This document shows, one piece after another, positions 51,573 to 59,753 of a stretch of DNA of 64,000 bases; position 1 is the stretch's first letter, and each line of letters begins with the position of its first letter. The notes below the pieces were generated by a model that worked only from the letters and a program-made list of their open reading frames with translations, was not told the DNA's origin and ran no database searches. The translations under genes were made by a program, and so were the position numbers. The DNA is from an uncultured archaeon. Its GTDB lineage: Archaea; Asgardarchaeota; Lokiarchaeia; Sigyniarchaeales; SOKP01. Location of the stretch: contig CAZWEM010000008.1 of the NCBI GenBank assembly GCA_964632315.1, positions 51,141 to 115,140 on the forward strand. Reading direction: 5' to 3'.

Positions 51573-52226
51573 ATACCGCGAAGAAAACAAAAAATAAAAT
51601 ATTCACGAAAATTTGCTTGTAAACATTTAGAACCACTAGGAGATTTCTCAAACTCTCTCCAACCTTTATGTGTTTGTTATGAGAGAGATTTAGTATTAGG
51701 AAGGAGAGCCTATGTTTGTCAAGTATGCTCCCTTTATTCTCAGACCAATAAGAAAACTCCTGAGGTTTATGATGAAAGTAAAAGAGTAGCAGAGCAAAAG
51801 ATTAAGGACAAGCAAATTGAATTAGATGAATTAGAATTAGAAGAGATCAAGCCTGAGGAAGAGATTGACTTAACTATTGACGAATTTGAAGAAGAGGATG
51901 AAGAAATTCCTTTAAAATTCGAAAAACGAAAAGTTGGCAAAGGTGAACTGGGCGCTGATGAATTTGGAGAAATAGAATGCCCATTTTGTGGAGAAGTCTT
52001 TGAAAATTTGGAGAGCCATATTCAAACTTGTGAACTGGCTCCAGATGACGCAACCCCTGATGACTTTTTACCAAAAAAAAAAAGAAAGAAAAAGTCCAAA
52101 GTTTCTAGTTCTGAATCAGGGAGTAAGAAGAAAGAAAAATGTCCCTATTGTGGTAAAGAGTTCATTAGATTAGGCAGGCACCTAAGTTCTTGTCCTAAAA
52201 GACCGAAAGATGAGGATGAGGATTAA
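51573..52226 (+). CDS. Acidic/basic protein with two C2HC zinc fingers (extends ORF 52008..52226, putative ATA start)
   Basis: Open frame from 51567 (after TGA 51564-51566) to TAA 52226; GGTGA SD 6 nt before ATA; CPFCGEVFENLESHIQTC and CPYCGKEFIRLGRHLSSC. Confidence 0.75.
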   Translation: MPRRKQKIKYSRKFACKHLEPLGDFSNSLQPLCVCYERDLVLGRRAYVCQVCSLYSQTNKKTPEVYDESKRVAEQKIKDKQIELDELELEEIKPEEEIDLTIDEFEEEDEEIPLKFEKRKVGKGELGADEFGEIECPFCGEVFENLESHIQTCELAPDDATPDDFLPKKKRKKKSKVSSSESGSKKKEKCPYCGKEFIRLGRHLSSCPKRPKDEDED

Positions 52227-52242
52227 TCAATTATAGATCACC

Positions 52243-53163
52243 ATGACCTCACGTGAATCAATATATTATTGTCAGCCTATTTTCCGACCACCTTCAGAAG
52301 CAAACTCATTATTGATACAGCTTACTGAAGGTTGTACTTATCGATGCGATTTCTGCGTTTCAAACCTTAGGAAGGAATTTAAGATAAGAAACGTGGAAGA
52401 AGTCAAGAAAGATTTGGACATTGCTAAGAAGAAATATGGCCCACATGTTAAAAAACTCTTCTTTCTTGACGGAAATGCCATGGTTACTCCTACACAAGAA
52501 CTAGTAGAATTAACAAAATATGCCAAGCATACCTTTTCAAAGTTGGAAAGGGTAGGCGTGTATGCCCATGCTCGTGACATTATAAAAAAAACTGATTCTC
52601 AGCTTAGAGACCTTTCTGAAGCGGGTTTAAAAATTGCATATGTCGGTTTTGAATCAGGTTATGATCTTCTTTTACAAGCAATAAATAAACACGCAACTAA
52701 AGAAGACTACATTAAAGCAGCTAAAAAATTAATGGGAGTAAACATTACCCTTTCTGCGACTTTTATAAATGGTTTAGGCGGGTCTGATCTGGAAATTTCA
52801 AACCATCATGCAAGAGAATCTGCTGATCTTGTAAATAAAATTTGTCCAAAAGATGATCGCAAGTGGTATATTGCATTTTTGTCTCTCATGATCCCTCCAG
52901 GAACAGTAATTTACGAAAGGAAGACAAAAGGAGAATTCCATGAAATGAATTCAATTGATATTTTAAAAGAATTAAAAAATTTCATAAAAGAAATTAATTT
53001 TCCAAATAAAGAAGCAAATTGTATATTTAGATGCAATCATGCTTCAAATTACCTACCCATTAAAGGAATTCTCGAGAGAGATAAGGAAAGTATAATTAGT
53101 ACTTTAAATTATGGTCTAACCCATTCAGAGATACTGAGACCAGAGTATTATCGTGGATTATGA
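52243..53163 (+). CDS. Radical SAM protein, paralogue of 40155..41063
   Basis: FRPPSEANS, GCTYRCDFC, GFESG, NHASNY. Confidence 0.9.
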   Translation: MTSRESIYYCQPIFRPPSEANSLLIQLTEGCTYRCDFCVSNLRKEFKIRNVEEVKKDLDIAKKKYGPHVKKLFFLDGNAMVTPTQELVELTKYAKHTFSKLERVGVYAHARDIIKKTDSQLRDLSEAGLKIAYVGFESGYDLLLQAINKHATKEDYIKAAKKLMGVNITLSATFINGLGGSDLEISNHHARESADLVNKICPKDDRKWYIAFLSLMIPPGTVIYERKTKGEFHEMNSIDILKELKNFIKEINFPNKEANCIFRCNHASNYLPIKGILERDKESIISTLNYGLTHSEILRPEYYRGL

Positions 53164-53166
53164 AAA

Positions 53167-53889
53167 TTATTTAAACATGACTAGTTTAGACTTAAAATCA
53201 AATCTCTTAATTGGAGAGCTAATTTCATCTTGAATGAGATTAATAACTTTAATCACATCTTCCGGAAGAACATTTAATTCTTCAGAAAGTTCATTAAGAG
53301 TAATATAATCGCGTGATTTTGAAAGGCTAACCAATTGTTCTGTAATCAAATTTCGATAAAGGGTAAGAGTTAGGCCTTTCAAATTCATAAAATCTACAGA
53401 TTTAATTTCCTGAGCAAATTTTAAGATCTCACTTGACGCTTTTTGATATTCTAAAATTTTATATGAATTAATTAAGATATACATCTTTTTTATGCAATTA
53501 AAGTATTCATTGATCTTGCATTGAATCGAATCTAAACCAAATTTGAAATTACATTCATCAACTTCTTCTTTAAACATCGCAAGTAACTTACAAAAATTAT
53601 CTAAATTATCTTCATTTAATTCCTCTTTTAAGAGATTGTTATATTTTCTCATTATTCTTTTGTGGTGGAACTTGCTTTTTTGATCAACTTTATGTTGTAA
53701 TTCTAAAAATTTAGACAATTCTGGATTAAGATTAAAATATTCTTGATTTTCTTGGATTAATGTAATGGCTGATTTGACTTTCTTCATGGCAGAAATCAAA
53801 TCTAATTCCTCTAATTTTCTTAATATCATCTTTTGATATATATCCAATTCCTGAAGTAAATCATTTTTATCTTTATAGGCAACTTCCAT
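53167..53889 (-). CDS. Helical protein with C-terminal PCI-like winged helix
   Basis: YITLNELSEELNV..EDV...I..I.....I.RFD...KLVMF resembles the PCI consensus. Confidence 0.55.
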   Translation of the reverse strand: MEVAYKDKNDLLQELDIYQKMILRKLEELDLISAMKKVKSAITLIQENQEYFNLNPELSKFLELQHKVDQKSKFHHKRIMRKYNNLLKEELNEDNLDNFCKLLAMFKEEVDECNFKFGLDSIQCKINEYFNCIKKMYILINSYKILEYQKASSEILKFAQEIKSVDFMNLKGLTLTLYRNLITEQLVSLSKSRDYITLNELSEELNVLPEDVIKVINLIQDEISSPIKRFDFKSKLVMFK

Positions 53890-53998
53890 AAAAATATCAC
53901 TGTCTTAAATGAATTCCAATATATTCTTATTACTACTAATTAGCTTTTTCGCAAATTTAAATTTACTATCTCGTATTTATTAAATTAATAATATCAAA

Positions 53999-54643
53999 AT
54001 GAAATGGGATAAAAGTATGCATAAAATATGCTTTATAGTAGGCTCGCCAAGAAAAAATAGGAACAGTAATTTTTTAATCGATAAAGCTATTGAAGGTGTA
54101 AAAGAAGTCTCTGGAGAATTTGATATAAGAAAACTCCAAATCTCTGAGTTTCGTATTACACCTTGTAATGGTTGCGATGCTTGTCTAAGAGCACCTCATG
54201 AATGTCCTTTAGCTGAAGACGACGATACAAAAAAAATAGAAGAAGAGATTTTAGGGTCATCTGCTATTTTTATGGCCGCACCAAATTATTTTGGATCGGT
54301 AAGTTCTCAGATAAAAACATTAATTGATCGATCAAGGCCATGGAAAATGAAGAATTATTTATTAAAAGATGTTCTTTTCAGTCCTTTAGCATCGACTGGA
54401 TTGCGAAACGGTGGAGAGGGAGTGATTTCAGATCTAACCAATTTTGCCTTAATTCAAGGCATGATTGTTGTAGGCAATGCCAGTGGAAGTCCTGTTATTG
54501 AGGGGAATATACCTATCACGACTTTACAGAAATATAATTTAAAAGAATTTCTGGGAAAAGACGAAATTGATGAATTAGCCGGTCTAATTGCTAAAGATCT
54601 CGGGATTCGAGTGGCAAACCTACTTAAAAGATTTAATCTTTAA
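53999..54643 (+). CDS. Iron-sulfur flavoprotein / NADPH-dependent FMN reductase
   Basis: GSPRK.RNS, CNGCDAC....EC, APNYFG...KTLIDR. Confidence 0.9.
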   Translation: MKWDKSMHKICFIVGSPRKNRNSNFLIDKAIEGVKEVSGEFDIRKLQISEFRITPCNGCDACLRAPHECPLAEDDDTKKIEEEILGSSAIFMAAPNYFGSVSSQIKTLIDRSRPWKMKNYLLKDVLFSPLASTGLRNGGEGVISDLTNFALIQGMIVVGNASGSPVIEGNIPITTLQKYNLKEFLGKDEIDELAGLIAKDLGIRVANLLKRFNL

Positions 54644-54684
54644 TTAAACTTAATTTTTTTGGAAAAAAAATAGAAAAAAATAAA

Positions 54685-55050
54685 TTATTCTTCATCCTCA
54701 TCTCTTAATTCTACGAAATCTTTTTCATCCATATTCACTCCAGTGGTAACTGCTTTATATTCCTCATCTACTTCTTTAATTTTTTGCTCAGGTATTTCTT
54801 CAAGTCTTTGTTTGGAAGATTTTGGTGATCTATCGCCAGGCCATAAGGAATTTATTATCCCTCCAGAGACTAATAGAACAATAAAAATAACAATATAAAT
54901 TGTCAATGAGTCTGCTGGAAAGAATTGTAATGCCACGTTTATCCAATTAACCATCCAAGAACCAATAGGAGAAACAATGGGTTTTAAGAAATTTAAAATC
55001 GCTCCAACGATATCAGCAACCATTTGGAACATATCCGCTTGAAATAACAA
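54685..55050 (-). CDS. Small membrane protein with acidic tail
   Basis: Hydrophobic segments, third gene of a coupled trio. Confidence 0.7.
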   Translation of the reverse strand: MLFQADMFQMVADIVGAILNFLKPIVSPIGSWMVNWINVALQFFPADSLTIYIVIFIVLLVSGGIINSLWPGDRSPKSSKQRLEEIPEQKIKEVDEEYKAVTTGVNMDEKDFVELRDEDEE

Positions 55051-55052
55051 TT

Positions 55053-55556
55053 TTATTCTCCACCTCCTCCTTTTGAATACCTCTTTTCACGTATTTTATG
55101 ACGATTAACAGTAAAATCAATAAGATCATATCCTTTTAAGATGATTGTCAAGAAATAGATACCCATGTATAAAATGATCATCTGTTGAAAATCAATAGAA
55201 AGAGCACCTACCGATAAAATTTCAAAGTGTACCTCTGTTGCTCCAGAAAATTTATAACTCCAAATATATAAACTATTTAATATGATTTGAATTAAAGCAA
55301 AAACAGCCTTCCTAATTGATTGTTTTGGAGAGGAATAATTGAAAAATGCACAACCACTAATTAGTAGTCCAAAAGCGGATATCCAGAAAAGAATTCGCTC
55401 ATATTCAAGTTGACTCATGACAATCGGAACCCCCATGACCTCCAAATTCTTTATCCATGTAAAAGTCAAATAGGGGATAACCATAGTAGTAGCAAAATAG
55501 ATTATTGTAAATAATATACCTTTTAACATATTTTTTGCTGTTCCCATTTTCATCAC
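55053..55556 (-). CDS. 4-TM membrane protein
   Basis: Hydrophobic helices; overlaps upstream stop (GTGA). Confidence 0.75.
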   Translation of the reverse strand: MMKMGTAKNMLKGILFTIIYFATTMVIPYLTFTWIKNLEVMGVPIVMSQLEYERILFWISAFGLLISGCAFFNYSSPKQSIRKAVFALIQIILNSLYIWSYKFSGATEVHFEILSVGALSIDFQQMIILYMGIYFLTIILKGYDLIDFTVNRHKIREKRYSKGGGGE

Positions 55557-56137
55557 CCAAAAGGAGAATTAAGATGTCCTACGGATACATTAAACGCATC
55601 TACTTTAAATGAAATTAAATCTAGAGAATAAGATGCACTTAAGCTAAAATTAGAATAGAATTCAACTGGATAAGGTGTTTTTGTCCAATCAATATCGATT
55701 GTCGCATTTGGAAAGTTAGAGACTATGAATCCATCACCACTAGACGCATTAAATAATCCATTATATGATGTTTTATGCAAGATTGTTGGAAAATTAATTG
55801 ATTTATCGAAGATTAGAGCACTCGTTGTCGTGTTAACCCCTGGTGTCGTTAAATTCACATGATCGTATACCATTAATACCTTGAAATCGATTTTCAGGTT
55901 GGTTAAATCAAAATAACCAGCATTAGTAATGTTGAATGGTACTCTAAGATACATTGAGTTAACATCGGTTATAGTAAAGTTTGATTGAATCGGTCCAGAA
56001 GGGATTTTAATGTTATTTGGATCTCCCAGTATTAGTGCTGCAGACATCGCTCCTAAAGCAGAAACAATAGTCATCGATAAAGTTAAAACTAATAGAAACA
56101 ATCTGACAATCCATCTAAAAACTCTCGAAGGTCTCAT
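55553..56137 (-). CDS. Membrane-anchored extracellular beta-rich protein with many N-glycosylation sequons
   Basis: N-terminal TM, NITNAGYFDL, eight N-x-S/T sites. Confidence 0.75.
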   Translation of the reverse strand: MRPSRVFRWIVRLFLLVLTLSMTIVSALGAMSAALILGDPNNIKIPSGPIQSNFTITDVNSMYLRVPFNITNAGYFDLTNLKIDFKVLMVYDHVNLTTPGVNTTTSALIFDKSINFPTILHKTSYNGLFNASSGDGFIVSNFPNATIDIDWTKTPYPVEFYSNFSLSASYSLDLISFKVDAFNVSVGHLNSPFG

Positions 56138-56277
56138 GCTTATCTCTATTTTTTATAAATTATCAAATAAATGAAAATGGATATTTATAAAATTATTGCA
56201 TATTTTATGATACGGGTACTTCCGTCAATCCCTTTTCTCCTAACATTTTTGAGAAAAGATCATCTTCTCATATTTAA

Positions 56278-56565
56278 TTAATTTTTAATAAACAAAACCC
56301 CAATATTTTCACCCTTCACCGCTCCTATTGAAGCATGAATTTCGATAATTGGTTTACTTTCTAACTCCTTTATTATAGATAATTCAATATACACATCAAA
56401 GTCAATATCTTTGTTAGAAAAATCAGTCCATAAGATGAAATCCTTGTCATTCTCTACTTTCTTTGACTCTACAAGTTCTACAAAATTCCCACAGAACGAA
56501 AGGAGTCAAGATTCTGAAGAATGATAAAATAACACGATTGCATGTTTTTCTAATCCAGATTTCAT
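56278..56565 (-). pseudogene. Possible gene remnant with in-frame TGA
   Basis: MKSGLEKHAIVLFYHSSES*LLSFCGN...GENIGVLFIKN; 96-codon frame broken once at 56508-56506. Confidence 0.3.
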
Positions 56566-56751
56566 GAATTGTTGATTTTGTTTATTTATAAATTCCACTG
56601 CTTGTTCTGAAAATGTGAGTCTAAATACACATCACCATAATTATTTTTTATATATACTCCATTTTATATGTTATAAAAATGAAAACTATAATATTTAGTA
56701 TTAATTTAAAATAAATATTTTTCATAAATCTGTAAAAAACTGATGTAAAAT

Positions 56752-59610
56752 ATGATTGAACTAAAACAAATTAATGCACATTCAAAACCAGTTGAAGAAG
56801 TTGCAAAATTATTACAAACGGATTTATCAAAGGGACTTTCAGAATCTGAAGCAATTAAGCGCTTAGATACGTACGGAAGAAATGAATTAATCAAGGAAAA
56901 AGGAAAAACTGCTTGGCAAATCTTCGTTGGTCAGTTTAAAGATTTTTTAGTTTACTTACTCTTTTTTGCCATTGGAATTTCGATCATAATAGGGATATGG
57001 GAAGCGTCTAGACCTGGGGCTTCACCATGGTCATCTGAATACACGGATGCAATTGTAATTGCAGCTATTCTGGTAGTGAATGCCATACTAGGTTTCTACC
57101 AAGAATATCAGGCGGAAAAATCAATGGAAAGTCTTAAGAAACTGGCTCCCCACTTTGCTCGAGTTCGAAGAGATGGGAGAGTTCTTGAAATTGGAATCGA
57201 AGAGGTTGTACCAGGAGATATCGTTTTATTTGAAGAGGGGGATAAATTCCCAGCCGATGTGAGGATTTATAAAAAGTTCTCTCTCTATGTTGATGAAGCA
57301 ATCTTAACTGGAGAATCGAAACCCGTAGAAAAAAAATTAAAAATCGTTGATCAGAAAGAAATTCTAGCGGATCGTACCAATCTGGGTTACATGAACACCA
57401 TTATTACTCGAGGAAATGGTGAAGGTATTGTTATCGGAACTGGGATGCATACTGAAATTGGAAAGATAGCATCAAGTCTACAAGAGGAACAAATTGAGCC
57501 CAGTCCTTTTCAAAAGGAGGTAGATCGCTTTGGAAAACTGTTAGGAATTATTATTTTGGTTATCTGTGCGGGAGTTTTTTTAACTGAGATAATTATCATT
57601 CTTCTCACTGAGGGTTTCAATTTTGACGTTCCTGAAATACAAGAAATCATTGAAGCATTCAAGATTTCGATAAGTCTTGCAGTATCTGCTGTTCCTGAGG
57701 GCCTTATTGTTGTCATTACGGTAGTAATGAGCATTGGAATGAGGAAAATGGCAGATAAAAATGCTCTTGTAAGGAAGTTGACTGCTGTTGAAACTTTAGG
57801 ACGGGTTAATGTTATTTGTAGTGATAAGACGGGAACATTAACGAAAAATGAGATGACAGTCGTAAAACTTTATCTTGATGGAAAAATTCTTGAAGTTGAG
57901 GGGGTTGGATATAATCTAAACGGAGATATAATGGAAGATCAACAAAAAGCAAGCATCAGTGGTGATTTAGAACGATTCTTAGAAGTATGTCTTTATTGTA
58001 ATAATTCTAACGTGAATATCTTAAATGAAAATACTGGTGAAGTATCCGTTGTAGGAGACCCTACGGAGATATCAATGAAGGTATTAGCTTTAAAAGGAGG
58101 AATTGATGAACAATTTGAGAAACTTGACGAGATCCCATTTGATTCCGATCGTAAGATGATGACTGTCGTGGGGAAAGTCGATGGCAAAATTTACGCCTTC
58201 ATTAAGGGTGCTCCCGATGTTTTAATGCAAAATGCGAGTAAAGCATTAAAAAATGGTCAAATCCAATCCATTGATGAAGATAAACAAAAAATATTGGATC
58301 AAAATGAACAATTTGCACGAAGTGCTCTACGCGTTTTAGGTGTCGCATATAAAGAATTGACAGAAGATTATAACTTAGAAGACGTTGAGAAAGATTTTAC
58401 CTATATCGGCTTAGTCGGTATTATAGATCCCGCTAGAGATGAAGTGAAAGATTCGATAGCAGAAGCTCGCATGGCTGGGATAAGAACAATCATGATCACG
58501 GGGGATCATAAAATAACGGCTATCGCTATTGCTCATGAAATTGGTTTAACTGAATCAAATGAAGCAATCACTGGAGTTGAGCTCGAAGAAATGAGCGACG
58601 AAGAATTAAAAGAAAAGGTGAAAACAGTAGATGTATTTGCCAGAGTGACATCCGAACATAAATTGCGAATTCTTCGAAGACTTAAAGAGATAGGCAGAAT
58701 CGTTTCAATGACTGGCGACGGGGTAAACGATGCTCCAGCAGTAAAAGGAGCGCATGTAGGGGTTGCTATGGGTTTGAAAGGCACGGAAGTCACTCAAGAA
58801 GCGTCTGATATGATCTTAATTGATGATAATTATTCAACCATCGTTAACGCTATTGAAGAAGGGAGAGGAATCTTCGAAACGACGAAAGGGTTTTTCAGAT
58901 ACATGTTAAGCACTAATTTTGACGAGATATTCATGATCTTAGTAGCATACATAGTAATGAAACTTTTCCAAAACATTTTCTTAGCCATTCCTGTTGAACC
59001 CATTCAAATTTTATGGTTAAACATAGCGACTGATGGAATACCAGCAATGGTTTTAGGACTTACACCGACAGATCCGGATGTAATGAAAGAAAAACCAAGA
59101 GAAGGATTTACCTTAATTAAAGAAATTAAAGGTCCTGTATTACTACTCGGAATTTATACCTCTATTACAGATATCTCATTATACTTATTACTTTGGGGTG
59201 TGCTTTTACCTGTTTGGGCTCAGACGGGCATAGATCCTCAACTCACGCCAGATTTTCTCACAACGGGAACTGATGCATATTATTATGCAATTTCATTGTC
59301 TCAGACAATAATCTTCTCTAATTTAGTCATTTGCGAGTTGATGTTTGTTTACACTTGTACCTCAAACATTAAACCGTTTTATCTCTTCCCAAATAAACAC
59401 TTGTTCTGGGCGACGGGATTATCACTTGGTTTACAATTATTAATACTCTACACACCGGTAGGTATAGCATTTCATGTGATTCCTTTAACTCATCCTTTCT
59501 ATTGGATCGCGGTACTACTAGGCGCATTTAGTGTTTCTGTCGTTGATGAACTTAGAAAATACAGAATGCGTTTAAAAGTTAGGAAAACGGAGGCCTTGTC
59601 CTCCAACTAA
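56752..59610 (+). CDS. P-type ATPase, P2A (SERCA-like Ca2+ pump), copy 1
   Basis: TGES, VPEGL, CSDKTGT, KGAP, MITGD, GDGVNDAPA, TM5 TNFDE, TM6 NIATDG, TM8 CEL. Confidence 0.95.
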   Translation: MIELKQINAHSKPVEEVAKLLQTDLSKGLSESEAIKRLDTYGRNELIKEKGKTAWQIFVGQFKDFLVYLLFFAIGISIIIGIWEASRPGASPWSSEYTDAIVIAAILVVNAILGFYQEYQAEKSMESLKKLAPHFARVRRDGRVLEIGIEEVVPGDIVLFEEGDKFPADVRIYKKFSLYVDEAILTGESKPVEKKLKIVDQKEILADRTNLGYMNTIITRGNGEGIVIGTGMHTEIGKIASSLQEEQIEPSPFQKEVDRFGKLLGIIILVICAGVFLTEIIIILLTEGFNFDVPEIQEIIEAFKISISLAVSAVPEGLIVVITVVMSIGMRKMADKNALVRKLTAVETLGRVNVICSDKTGTLTKNEMTVVKLYLDGKILEVEGVGYNLNGDIMEDQQKASISGDLERFLEVCLYCNNSNVNILNENTGEVSVVGDPTEISMKVLALKGGIDEQFEKLDEIPFDSDRKMMTVVGKVDGKIYAFIKGAPDVLMQNASKALKNGQIQSIDEDKQKILDQNEQFARSALRVLGVAYKELTEDYNLEDVEKDFTYIGLVGIIDPARDEVKDSIAEARMAGIRTIMITGDHKITAIAIAHEIGLTESNEAITGVELEEMSDEELKEKVKTVDVFARVTSEHKLRILRRLKEIGRIVSMTGDGVNDAPAVKGAHVGVAMGLKGTEVTQEASDMILIDDNYSTIVNAIEEGRGIFETTKGFFRYMLSTNFDEIFMILVAYIVMKLFQNIFLAIPVEPIQILWLNIATDGIPAMVLGLTPTDPDVMKEKPREGFTLIKEIKGPVLLLGIYTSITDISLYLLLWGVLLPVWAQTGIDPQLTPDFLTTGTDAYYYAISLSQTIIFSNLVICELMFVYTCTSNIKPFYLFPNKHLFWATGLSLGLQLLILYTPVGIAFHVIPLTHPFYWIAVLLGAFSVSVVDELRKYRMRLKVRKTEALSSN

Positions 59611-59753
59611 TAAGATTTTTTCTTTTACCCCACTAATTATTTTAAAATTCATACTTCTTTTCTATTATAAAACTATTTTTATATGAAACCTTATGAACTT
59701 AAATACGGTTTTAAAATTAATATGAATAATACATTTTCAAAAAATGAAATATT

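Noticed and set aside
56278-56565. Selenoprotein or DegV remnant
   Set aside because: No redox motif at the TGA, no SECIS seen, and the DegV resemblance is only a few C-terminal residues
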